Source: Oscillospiraceae bacterium (GTDB lineage: Bacteria > Bacillota > Clostridia > Oscillospirales > Acutalibacteraceae). From it: 64,000 nucleotides of DNA. The stretch is taken from positions 14,635-78,634 of the forward strand of contig JAISJQ010000025.1 of assembly GCA_031261445.1 (NCBI GenBank), given 5' to 3'. The notes beneath the pieces are model-generated. The model searched no databases. It was not told the origin of the DNA and saw nothing but the letters and a program-made list of their open reading frames with translations. Below, piece after piece: positions 53,345-61,944 of the stretch (its first letter is position 1; each line of letters begins with the position of its first letter). A program made the position numbers and the translations under genes.

Positions 53345-55823
53345 CATAAACTCTGCCGTCAAACGGCTGTAGCGTCACGATGCTACTCTGGCTGACGTCG
53401 AGCACTTCGCCGCTCCAGAGCTCGCGGACGCTTTGGGTGTGCGTGGGCAGGGGCAGGGTAAACTGCTCTGGGTTGCCCGAAAAGTTGATGACCGCCCAGT
53501 AGCGTTTGCCGTCAATTTCGGCGGTGTAGATGTTCGCCGCGTCGCTGTGCACGTGGGGTGTCCAGGCGGGGGCGAAAACGGTGCGACTACGTGCCAGACG
53601 CAGGATTTCTTCGTTGCCCAAGAGATCCGCAAAGCGTCGGAAGGCGGTTTCGGCATCGCCTGCTGGGCCAGAGAAGTCGTCCCCCGTCAAGAAGCTGGCC
53701 GCCAGCAGGCCAGAGGTCGCCCGGGCACGCGCTTCGTTTTCGCTGGCGTTCCCATCGCGCCCCCAGAGCACAATGTGGTCGGGATCTGGGCAAGCGTAGA
53801 GTTCCTGCGTCCAAAAGCCGTAGCTCAGGGAGTTGAGCATGTAGCGCGTGTCGGTGCTGGAAGAATACGTGTCGCAGGCTAGTCGCCGCCCGTGGGCGTA
53901 TTGATAGGGGAAAATCGGCGCGATGGACAGGTTGATGAACATTTTGTCCGCCACTTTGTCGGCGATCTTTTTCATGCCGTAGTTGTACGCCTGCGTGCCC
54001 GTCTGGATTTCGGGCAGGTAGTGCTTGCCCTCCATTGCGCCGTGGCTCATAAAGTCCAGCTTGATGTAGGCAATGCCCACGTCCAAAAAGCTTTGCAGCT
54101 GCTTTTCTATGCGCTCCCAGACCAAGGGGTGAGTGGGGTCATACGCCAGAGCACCGTCCCACGCGGGGAGGATGTTGCCATCTGCATCGCGTAGTAGCGC
54201 GTCATACAGCGGCTTGCCGACCATGTCTTGTTCTTTCGTCCAGCACGCCCACGGCGTGGCATACACGCCCACTTTTTGCCCGTTTTTGGCGCAGTATTCC
54301 ACAAAATCGCGCCAATCACTCTCCACGCCTAGTTCATCCAAACCGCCGGCATCCAGATTGACATACACCACGTCGTCTTCGCTCTGTTGCCAGACCTCCG
54401 CAAACGTATCGTGCAGATAATCCGACACCGCCTGAACCTTGTTTTTCGTGATGTCAAACTGCATCGCGCCCCAGCTGTTCCAGCCCACGGGGGCGTTGCC
54501 TGCCCACGCGAGGGGCTTAGCCTCGGCGGCATTGGCCTTGCCGTAGGCCGCCAGCGCGTCCTGCCAATAGTCGAACGCGCCAATAAAGATGGTGGGAGAC
54601 GTGACCGTTTTGCCGCTGACCGTGCCATGGGGGGCGCTGTCGCGGGTCTCTTCCCCTGCCGTGCCGCCAAAGACAGTGAAGCGCTCAATTGCGCCGTCTT
54701 TTTGACTCCACGAAATGCCCGTTTTCCACGTGTCGTGCGTCACGCTGCCGATGACCACGCCGCTTTGGTCGTCCTTGTTGATGAGCGCCGTCACTTCACT
54801 GCTGTAGCCCAAAGACGAGCCAGAAGGCAAGGTTTTGTAGTAGCTGTAGTCGTCGTTGTCGTAGGGCACGGACACCCAGCTTGTGCCGCCGGTGAGGCTG
54901 TTCGCGCTCTGGGTGTGGAGCGGCGAAATCCAGTTTGTCGCTGTGCCATCGGGGACTTCAAGCATGACGTTGGTCAGCAGCGCGTCCCCCTCCAGCCAGA
55001 ACTTCTGGACGACTGTTGTGATGTTCTCGTCAAAGTCCTCTTTGCCGTAGTGATTCCACGCCACGGTGTCGTCTGTATACAGCGCGGTGATGCCCTCTTT
55101 CGTCTCCGTCGTGGCCAGTTGGGACAGATTGGGGCACATCGTGCCGTTACCATACGCCACACGCGCGTCTTCAATCAGCACGCGCTCGCCCTTTTGGATG
55201 GAATAGAAGCCCGACTTGAAAGTGATTTTGTAGTCGCCCAGCGTGCAGGTTTTCTGGACATCGCCGCGTGCGCCGCCGTCCATGGTGGGCGCGTATGCGG
55301 AGTATGCGGCAATGGTGATTTTGTCCAAATCTGGCGCGTACCAGTCCGCGCAGCCAAAGGCCAAGGTGTTCTTGCCCGGTTTCAGGTCTATCTGCACGCG
55401 CGTTTGCATGGGTCTGTCGCCATACATCCCCGGGCACGCCACGGTCTGCGCCGTGCCGCCGTTGACGCTGAGGGTCAACGTGCGGTCGGGCGCGGCGGAA
55501 GTGTAATGAATCGTCAGCCAGTACAGTCCCCCCCACTTGACGCGCGGCGTGAAGACCACCTGCCCGTCTTTGCGATTGCCGCCGTTCGTGCCCAGATTGG
55601 TCGCCTTCAGGAGCAGGGACGCGCCATACTCCGCCTTCAGCCGCGCCCCGCCCTTCAGACGCGCGTATTCCGCCTCGCGGGTATAGACCGCGTCCGCAGG
55701 CGCGAACTGCGGCGTGACGATCCACACCATGACCGCCCAAAAAATCACAGGCAGGGCGCAGATGGGCAAGAGAATCTTTAGGGCAAGGTGGCGTTTTTTT
55801 GTCTTGTCTTTGCGTTTGGACAT
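53334..55823 (-). CDS. membrane-anchored clan GH-D (GH27/GH36-like) alpha-galactosidase family protein with N-terminal carbohydrate-binding module
   Basis: TM anchor, CBM6/35-like segment (AEYARLKGG..LTIHY..), and a catalytic region with PVGWNSWG and YIKLDF motifs. Confidence 0.65.
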   Translation of the reverse strand: MSKRKDKTKKRHLALKILLPICALPVIFWAVMVWIVTPQFAPADAVYTREAEYARLKGGARLKAEYGASLLLKATNLGTNGGNRKDGQVVFTPRVKWGGLYWLTIHYTSAAPDRTLTLSVNGGTAQTVACPGMYGDRPMQTRVQIDLKPGKNTLAFGCADWYAPDLDKITIAAYSAYAPTMDGGARGDVQKTCTLGDYKITFKSGFYSIQKGERVLIEDARVAYGNGTMCPNLSQLATTETKEGITALYTDDTVAWNHYGKEDFDENITTVVQKFWLEGDALLTNVMLEVPDGTATNWISPLHTQSANSLTGGTSWVSVPYDNDDYSYYKTLPSGSSLGYSSEVTALINKDDQSGVVIGSVTHDTWKTGISWSQKDGAIERFTVFGGTAGEETRDSAPHGTVSGKTVTSPTIFIGAFDYWQDALAAYGKANAAEAKPLAWAGNAPVGWNSWGAMQFDITKNKVQAVSDYLHDTFAEVWQQSEDDVVYVNLDAGGLDELGVESDWRDFVEYCAKNGQKVGVYATPWACWTKEQDMVGKPLYDALLRDADGNILPAWDGALAYDPTHPLVWERIEKQLQSFLDVGIAYIKLDFMSHGAMEGKHYLPEIQTGTQAYNYGMKKIADKVADKMFINLSIAPIFPYQYAHGRRLACDTYSSSTDTRYMLNSLSYGFWTQELYACPDPDHIVLWGRDGNASENEARARATSGLLAASFLTGDDFSGPAGDAETAFRRFADLLGNEEILRLARSRTVFAPAWTPHVHSDAANIYTAEIDGKRYWAVINFSGNPEQFTLPLPTHTQSVRELWSGEVLDVSQSSIVTLQPFDGRVYVEQ

Positions 55824-55899
55824 GAAGGAACTCCTCGTGCTTTTTGTTCTGCCGATATTATAGCAGATGAAGGGGAGAAAAACAAGCTAGAGGCGCATT

Positions 55900-55956
55900 G
55901 CAATGAACAATTTACAATGAACAAAGAACAATTGTCCATTGTTCTTTGTTCATTGC
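55900..55956. repeat. near-perfect palindrome made of AATGAAC heptads and their complement
   Basis: gcaatgaacaatttacaatgaacaaagaacaattg t ccattgttctttgttcattgc. Confidence 0.9.
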
Positions 55957-55968
55957 GCGAAGCGCACA

Positions 55969-55997
55969 TTGCGTTTTGCGCACAAAAATGTTATAAT
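55969..55997 (+). promoter_or_regulatory. promoter of gltX
   Basis: TTGCGT, 17-nt spacer, TATAAT (55992-55997). Confidence 0.6.
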
Positions 55998-56110
55998 TTA
56001 GATGCTAGACGTTAGAGACTAGGTTTTGCATCTATACGTCTCTTCATCAAAGAAACAACAGCGTTTTGCGACAGAATCTAGCCTCTAGTCTCTAATATCT
56101 AACATCTAGA
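55998..56110. repeat. inverted TAGA-type heptad arrays forming the gltX leader
   Basis: TTAGAGACTAGG (56012-56023) pairs with CCTCTAGTCTCTAA (56081-56094). Both arms are 7-nt periodic. Confidence 0.8.
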
Positions 56111-56122
56111 ACAGGAGTTTTT

Positions 56123-57760
56123 ATGCCTACCCTCGCCGAAGTGCTCTTCCCGCAGTCCCTGCCCAACCCCGCCGCGCTGGAGGCGCAGTATCCGCCCCGC
56201 AGCCTGCCCGAGGGCGCACGCGTCACGCGCTTTGCCCCCAGTCCCACGGGCTTTTTGCATTTGGGCAGCCTCTACACGGCCTACGTCAATTTTCTCACGG
56301 CGCACAGCACGGGCGGCGTGTTTTTCCTGCGCATTGAGGACACGGACAAAAAGCGTGAGGTGGCCGGCGGCGTGGCATCGCTGTTGGAGAGCCTAGCGGC
56401 GTTTGGCATTGTGCCCGACGAGGGCGGCGTGGCGGGCGGCGCTTATGCCCCCTATACCCAGAGTGCGCGGCGGGAAATTTATCAAGCCTTTGCCAAGGAT
56501 TTAGTCGAGCGCGGCTTGGCGTACCCCTGCTTTTGCACGGAGGACGAACTGACCGCCTTGCGGGATGCCCAAGAGACAGCCGATGTGCCCCAGAAGGGCT
56601 ACTGGGGGCAGTGGGCGCGTTGCCGGGATTTATCTGCACAGGACGCCATCGCCCGTGTACAGGCGGGCGATGCGTGGGTATTGCGCTTGCGTGCGGATGG
56701 CGACGCCGAAAAGCGCATCGTCTTCACGGACGAAGTGCGCGGCAAGATTGAGATGCCTGAGAACATTCTGGACACTGTCTTACTCAAGCGCGACGGCGTG
56801 CCGACCTATCACTTTGCCCACGCGGTGGACGACCACCTCATGCGCACCACCCACGTCATCCGTTCCGAGGAATGGCTCGCCTCCGTGCCGCTCCATCTGG
56901 CGCTCATGCGCGTCTGCGGCTTCCGTGCACCCAAATACGCCCACATTTCCGCGCTCATGAAGAGTGAGGACGGCGCGAAGCGCAAGCTGAGCAAACGCAA
57001 AGACCCTGAAGCGGCGGTCAGCTGGTTCAGTGCGCAGGGCTACCCCGCCGATGCGGTGCTGGAATACCTCATGACCCTCATCAGCTCCGCCTTTGAAGAC
57101 TGGCGGCGCGTCCACCCCACTGAGCCGCGCTCTGCGTTCCCCTTCACGCTCAAAAAAATGAGTGCCTCTGGCGCACTGTTCGATGCCGTTAAACTGGCCG
57201 ACGTGAGCAAGGGTGTCATCGCGCTCGTCAGCGGTGCGGATTTGGCACAGCAGGTGCGGCACTGGGCGGGGGCGCACGACACCGCTTTGGCTGCGCTATT
57301 GGACAAGCACCCCGATCGTCTTGCGCAAATTCTGGCGATCGATCGCGACGGCGCAAAGAAGCCACGCAAAGACATCGCCCGTTACGGCGAAGTGCTCGGC
57401 TATGTGTCCTACTTTTTTGACGAACTGTTCGTCCCCGCGCTGCCGCTGCCTGAGGGCATCAGCCCCGCCGATGCATCGGAGATTTTGGGTGCATACGACT
57501 ACGATGCCGACGAAGACAAGGACGCGTGGTTTGCGCGTATCCGCGCGTTGGCGCTCTCGTTGGGCTACGCCGCCAGCCCCAAGGAATACAAAGACAACCC
57601 CGCCCAGTGGCGCGGTCACGTGGGCGCGGTCTCTTCTGTGATTCGCGCCGCCATCACGGGGCGCAGTAACACGCCGGATCTATGGGCGATTTGCCGCGTC
57701 TTGGGCGCAACTACGGTGCTCTCGCGCCTCCAGAAGGCGCTGGTGTCGCTGAACACTTAG
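56123..57760 (+). CDS. gltX: glutamate--tRNA ligase
   Basis: RFAPSPTGFLHLG (HIGH-type) and KLSKRK (KMSKS-type) motifs. 545 aa. Confidence 0.85.
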   Translation: MPTLAEVLFPQSLPNPAALEAQYPPRSLPEGARVTRFAPSPTGFLHLGSLYTAYVNFLTAHSTGGVFFLRIEDTDKKREVAGGVASLLESLAAFGIVPDEGGVAGGAYAPYTQSARREIYQAFAKDLVERGLAYPCFCTEDELTALRDAQETADVPQKGYWGQWARCRDLSAQDAIARVQAGDAWVLRLRADGDAEKRIVFTDEVRGKIEMPENILDTVLLKRDGVPTYHFAHAVDDHLMRTTHVIRSEEWLASVPLHLALMRVCGFRAPKYAHISALMKSEDGAKRKLSKRKDPEAAVSWFSAQGYPADAVLEYLMTLISSAFEDWRRVHPTEPRSAFPFTLKKMSASGALFDAVKLADVSKGVIALVSGADLAQQVRHWAGAHDTALAALLDKHPDRLAQILAIDRDGAKKPRKDIARYGEVLGYVSYFFDELFVPALPLPEGISPADASEILGAYDYDADEDKDAWFARIRALALSLGYAASPKEYKDNPAQWRGHVGAVSSVIRAAITGRSNTPDLWAICRVLGATTVLSRLQKALVSLNT

Positions 57761-60384
57761 TCCGCACAGCTACGGGCACTTTGCGCCGCATCAAACAGCG
57801 TTTGCATCGCTTCAAAGGGCGTTAGGGTGTTCACGTCCAGCCGCGCCAGTTGCCGCAGCAGGGCGCTCTGTGCCTCACGCGCGAAGGATATCTGGGTGTC
57901 GTCCGTGGGTAGGGGCACGTCATGACGTGCCCCTACGTTGGCGTCGCGTTCCAGCTGCGCCAGCACCACCCGCGCCCGCTTGACCACGCTCTCGGGCACG
58001 CCGGCCAGCTTTGCCGCCTCAATGCCGTAAGAGTCGTCCGCACCGCCGGGGACAATCTTGCGCAGAAAGGTCAGCTCGTCGCCGCGTTTTTTCACGGCAA
58101 TGTTGTAGTTCTTGACACCCGCAATGCTGTCCTCTAAATCTGTCAGCTCGTGATAGTGCGTGGCGAAGAGGGTCTTTGCGCCCAGTTTTTTCTTGTCCGC
58201 GCAGTGTTCAAGGACGGCCCTAGCGATGGACATGCCGTCGTAAGTGGACGTGCCGCGCCCGATTTCGTCTAGGATAAGTAAGCTACCCGGTGTCGCCGCA
58301 GAAAGAATCGCAGCCACCTCGCTCATCTCCACCAAAAAGGTGGATTGCCCCGCACTCAAATCGTCGCTCGCACCAATGCGGGTGTAAATGCCGTCGAGCA
58401 CCGTGAGCCGCGCACTGCTGGCCGGAACAAAACTGCCCGCCTGCGCTAAAAGACAAATGAGCGCGACTTGGCGCATGTAGGTGCTCTTGCCGGCCATGTT
58501 GGGACCGGTGAGTATCATGCAGCGGCACTCGTCCGTGTTGAGGTCCGTGTCGTTGGGGACGAAGGGAGCCGCGCCCTGCATCCGCTCCACAACGGGGTGT
58601 CGCCCGCCCACGATGTGTAGCACGCCGTCCGTGCACATGTCCGGGCGGACGTAGTTGGCCTGCGCCGCCGTCTGCGCAAGGGCGCATAGGGCGTCCAGCT
58701 CCGCCAGCGCACGCGCCGTTTTTTGTACGCGTGCCACCTGCGCCGCCGTCTTTGTCCGCACGCGCTCAAAGAGCTCAAACTCAATGCGCGTGATGCGCTC
58801 CTGTGCGCCGAGCACCTTGCTCTCGAGCTCTTTGAGCTCCTGCGTGATGTAGCGTTCCTTGTCCGTGAGGGTCTGCTTGCGGATGTAGTGCTCCGGCACG
58901 AGCGTTTTTTGGCTGTTGGGGACTTCCAGATAGTAGCCGTAGACACGATTGTAGCCGATCTTCAGCTTGCGGATGCCCGTCTTCTCCGCCTCTTTTTGGG
59001 CGATGCCCGCTAAGTAGCCCTTGCTGTCAGCAATCAGTGCGCGTAGCTCATCGAGCTCCTTGTGGAAGCCGTCGCGGATCATGCCGCCCTCGCGCGTGCT
59101 GGCGGGGGGCTCGTCGCTGATGGCACGCTCGACCAGTGCGCTCACGTCCTCTAAGGGGTCAAGGGACTCAAACAATTCCGCCAGCAGCGTGCTCTTGCAG
59201 ACGATGAGCGTGTCCAAAATCTTGGGCACAACCGCCGCCGTCACCGCCAGAGCACGCAGCGTCTGCGCGTTGGCCGAAGCGTACACAATGCGCGTGATGA
59301 GCCGCTCCATGTCCTGCATACTCGCCAGCAACAGTAGCAAGTCCTCCCGCACAGCCGCGGCGTTCACCAGCTCCTCCACCGCGCTGTGGCGGCGCGTGAT
59401 TGTGCCGATGTTCAGTAGCGGTTTTTCCAGCCAGCTGCGCAGTGTGCGCTTGCCCATGGCCGTGCGGCAACAGTCCATCACCCAGAGCAGCGAGCCACGC
59501 TTTTCCCGCGAGCGCAAGGTCTCTGTGAGCTCCAGATTGCGCAGTGTCGCGGCGTCTAGCCGCATGAAGGCCGACTCGCCATAGAACTCCAGCGTGCGCA
59601 TGTGCCCCAGCTCGCCCCGCTGTGTCTCCGCCAAATAGCGCAGACATGCCCCCGCCGCGCGGATGCTCTCCTGCGCCGCCAATAGGGGTTCGAGTGCCTC
59701 CTGGCCAAAGTGCCCTTCCAGTGCGCTTTGGGTGATGATGGGGTCAAAATAGCTCTCGGGCAACGCCTGTAGCATGGTCTGCAGGCGCGTGTTGGCAAAA
59801 CTGCGCAGTGCCGTGTCGGCGGCGGCCGCCTCGTTGAGCAGTAGCTCGGAGGGGTTGATGCGTGCCAGCTCCGCGCGAATGCTCTCGCCCAGATGTGCGC
59901 CCTGCAGCAGGCAGCAGGAAAACGCCCCCGTGGAGACATCCGCAAAGCAGAGCCCCGCGCGGTCGTCAAAGCGTGCGAGCACGGCCAAAAAGTTGTTGCG
60001 CCCATCGTCGAGCATCGAGCCCTCAATCACCGTGCCGGGCGTGAGGATGCGCGTCACCTCGCGCCTGACTAAGCCCTTGGCTTGCGCGGGGTCTTCCATC
60101 TGTTCACAGACGGCGACCTTGAAGCCCTGCTTGATGAGCCGCGCAAGGTAGGTCTCGATGGCGTGGTGGGGGACGCCGCACATGGCGGCGCGTTCGGGCA
60201 GGCCGCAGTCCCGCGCCGTGAGGGTCAGCCCCAGCGCACGAGAGACGGTCACCGCATCGTCAAAGAACATCTCATAAAAATCGCCCAGACGCCAGAACAA
60301 AACGGCGTCCGGGTTTTGCGCTTTGGCCTCCAAATACTGGCGCATCATAGGCGTGATGCTGGCGGGGATATTCTCGTAGATCAT
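57757..60384 (-). CDS. mutS: DNA mismatch repair protein MutS
   Basis: TPMMRQYLE N-terminus, TGPNMAGKSTYMRQ and LDEIGRGTSTYDG motifs. Confidence 0.97.
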   Translation of the reverse strand: MIYENIPASITPMMRQYLEAKAQNPDAVLFWRLGDFYEMFFDDAVTVSRALGLTLTARDCGLPERAAMCGVPHHAIETYLARLIKQGFKVAVCEQMEDPAQAKGLVRREVTRILTPGTVIEGSMLDDGRNNFLAVLARFDDRAGLCFADVSTGAFSCCLLQGAHLGESIRAELARINPSELLLNEAAAADTALRSFANTRLQTMLQALPESYFDPIITQSALEGHFGQEALEPLLAAQESIRAAGACLRYLAETQRGELGHMRTLEFYGESAFMRLDAATLRNLELTETLRSREKRGSLLWVMDCCRTAMGKRTLRSWLEKPLLNIGTITRRHSAVEELVNAAAVREDLLLLLASMQDMERLITRIVYASANAQTLRALAVTAAVVPKILDTLIVCKSTLLAELFESLDPLEDVSALVERAISDEPPASTREGGMIRDGFHKELDELRALIADSKGYLAGIAQKEAEKTGIRKLKIGYNRVYGYYLEVPNSQKTLVPEHYIRKQTLTDKERYITQELKELESKVLGAQERITRIEFELFERVRTKTAAQVARVQKTARALAELDALCALAQTAAQANYVRPDMCTDGVLHIVGGRHPVVERMQGAAPFVPNDTDLNTDECRCMILTGPNMAGKSTYMRQVALICLLAQAGSFVPASSARLTVLDGIYTRIGASDDLSAGQSTFLVEMSEVAAILSAATPGSLLILDEIGRGTSTYDGMSIARAVLEHCADKKKLGAKTLFATHYHELTDLEDSIAGVKNYNIAVKKRGDELTFLRKIVPGGADDSYGIEAAKLAGVPESVVKRARVVLAQLERDANVGARHDVPLPTDDTQISFAREAQSALLRQLARLDVNTLTPFEAMQTLFDAAQSARSCAD

Positions 60385-60585
60385 TGCTAGATCCTAATTT
60401 AGGTAATAAGTAATAGTGAATAGTGAATAGGTCATTTCAATGAACAATTTACAATGAAAAATTGTTGCAGGAATCAGCGGGCGGCAGGTTGCCGCCCCTA
60501 CAGGCCTCATGCCTGTATCCTGAATCCTCATTCCTCAATAGCCCATACAAACAATTGTTCATTGTTCATTGTTCATTGTTAATTG
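60385..60585. repeat. five-module spacer: TAGA, AGTGAAT, AATGAAC arrays / REP-like hairpin / CCTCA and GTTCATT arrays
   Basis: 60385-60400, 60401-60433, 60436-60468, 60477-60501, 60502-60539 and 60548-60585. Confidence 0.9.
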
Positions 60586-60995
60586 CACTGCCCGCAGTCG
60601 CTGCCGCATTCTGGGCCGCAACTGTGTTCTTCTTGGGGTTCGGCGGTGGCGGGGTCTTCGCCGTCGGCAGAGAGGGACAGAATGCCAAAGATGCGGTGCA
60701 TCAGCTTGGCCAAGCCCTTTTGTTGCTCCTGAAACGCCACCATGGTCGGGCGTGCCATCGCTAGGCTGTACAGGCGCTCAAACTCGTCTTGGTAAGCCTT
60801 GAGCTTGCTCTCGTTGGGCTTGTCCTCGTGTTGCTCTTGGTGAAAGCCGTATTCGCTCATCTGCATCCGTTGCATCAAGCCAACGAGCTCTTCATCGGCG
60901 GCGTTTTTCTCCATGGCGGCCTGCACGGCGGCGAATTCGTCTGTCTGCTGAATCAGTGCACCCAGCTCGCGGGTTTTTGCGATCAAATCTGACAT
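60579..60995 (-). CDS. ylbF: YlbF/YmcA-family regulator with Cys-rich C-terminus
   Basis: 138 aa. ELGALIQQTDEFAAVQAAMEKNAADEEL.. helical YlbF-like core. C-terminal CGPECGSDCGQC. Confidence 0.65.
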   Translation of the reverse strand: MSDLIAKTRELGALIQQTDEFAAVQAAMEKNAADEELVGLMQRMQMSEYGFHQEQHEDKPNESKLKAYQDEFERLYSLAMARPTMVAFQEQQKGLAKLMHRIFGILSLSADGEDPATAEPQEEHSCGPECGSDCGQCN

Positions 60996-61025
60996 GCTTC
61001 TACTCCTGTGTTGTGAATTGTGTAT

Positions 61026-61054
61026 AGTATACCTGATTTTGCACGGAAACGCAA
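61026..61054 (-). promoter_or_regulatory. promoter of ylbF
   Basis: On the minus strand: TTGCGT, 17-nt spacer, TATACT. Confidence 0.55.
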
Positions 61055-61098
61055 GACTAGATGCAAGATTTTTTGCACCGTTGCCTGTAGGGACAGGG

Positions 61099-61129
61099 CA
61101 AAAGGAAAACCGCCCGTTGGTCAGGCGGC
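61099..61129 (-). terminator. intrinsic terminator of the TA/DUF2442 operon (the hairpin includes the stop codon)
   Basis: Minus strand: CCGCC-TGACCAACG-GGCGG followed by TTTTCCTTTTG. Confidence 0.6.
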
Positions 61130-61378
61130 TTCTTGGACGGGCTGGCTGTATTCATATAGCGTATTTGGACAAAAGTCCTGCCCTGTTGGCCAGTAGATAT
61201 CGCCGTTCTCGACATACACCAGTTCAAACAGCTTTGCTTCTGACAGAGCCGCATAGAAAGGGTGTGATAGATGCTGTGAAAAGTCGTACTCGCGCACATT
61301 GCCGTCGCTGTAGACGAGCTGCAAACGATAGTCACAAATCGGCGTTGCGCTGAGCAGTTTGGGGTATTCCTTTATCAC
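61121..61378 (-). CDS. DUF2442 domain protein
   Basis: 85 aa, ..YRLQLVYSDGNVREYDF.. pattern. The ATG overlaps the upstream stop (ATGA). Confidence 0.65.
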   Translation of the reverse strand: MIKEYPKLLSATPICDYRLQLVYSDGNVREYDFSQHLSHPFYAALSEAKLFELVYVENGDIYWPTGQDFCPNTLYEYSQPVQEAA

Positions 61379-61584
61379 GCAAGACCCAGTTCTTTCATTG
61401 CCTCGTCAAACGACAGACATTCGCCGTTGCGGTAGTCTTCCATCGCTTGCTCGTGCGCTCGGTCGTCCTCTGGAGAGGCGACATCATCGGGCAACAGATT
61501 TTCCACAAGCGCAAGGACAAGCTCTTGTTGACCAACGGGTAACAAGTCAAAATACTCGTTGAGCATCTGTGTTCTAGGTGCCAT
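61375..61584 (-). CDS. putative antitoxin (RelB/DinJ-like C-terminus)
   Basis: Start MAPRTQ at 61584 behind GGAGG. 69 aa, acidic, with a ..SFDEAMKELGLA tail. Starts 1 nt after the toxin stop. Confidence 0.5.
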   Translation of the reverse strand: MAPRTQMLNEYFDLLPVGQQELVLALVENLLPDDVASPEDDRAHEQAMEDYRNGECLSFDEAMKELGLA

Positions 61585-61585
61585 A

Positions 61586-61831
61586 TCAAAAACCTCCTTG
61601 GTAAATTCCACCACGTGCACCAAATCGTTCAATGACTATCGTATGCTCGTCTAGTTGATAATATACTACACGCCAATCACCTACGCGCAAGCGGAATTTT
61701 TCATTGTACCCTTTGATTGGTCTAACGTCACCGTCTGGCAGCTTGGCAATTGCGTCCATGACACGTTTTCGTGTCGAAATGCTTTGGCGCGACAATTCTT
61801 TGATCACTCGCTTGGATAACTCGAACTCCAA
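61586..61831 (-). CDS. RelE/ParE-family toxin
   Basis: 81 aa, ..IKGYNEKFRLRVGDWRVVYYQLDEHTIVIERFGARGGIY. TTG start downstream of a TTGACA-17-TAGAAT promoter. Confidence 0.75.
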   Translation of the reverse strand: MEFELSKRVIKELSRQSISTRKRVMDAIAKLPDGDVRPIKGYNEKFRLRVGDWRVVYYQLDEHTIVIERFGARGGIYQGGF

Positions 61832-61870
61832 AAACTCACCCCGCCCACAGATACTTCTAACATAGATCTA

Positions 61871-61899
61871 ATTCTAACACTTTTCGTGTACCATGTCAA
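61871..61899 (-). promoter_or_regulatory. promoter of relE-antitoxin-DUF2442 operon
   Basis: On the minus strand: TTGACA, 17-nt spacer, TAGAAT. Confidence 0.6.
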
Positions 61900-61920
61900 G
61901 TCTCGGCAAGAAATCAGCAC

Positions 61921-61943
61921 AACAATTGTACATTGTCAATTGA
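61921..61943. repeat. GTTCATT-type heptads abutting the obg stop
   Basis: aacaattgtacattgtcaattga. Confidence 0.7.
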
Positions 61944-61944
61944 A

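Noticed and set aside
55998-56122. T-box leader upstream of gltX.
   Set aside because: No T-box consensus, specifier loop or antiterminator layout is seen. The leader is made of heptad arrays instead.
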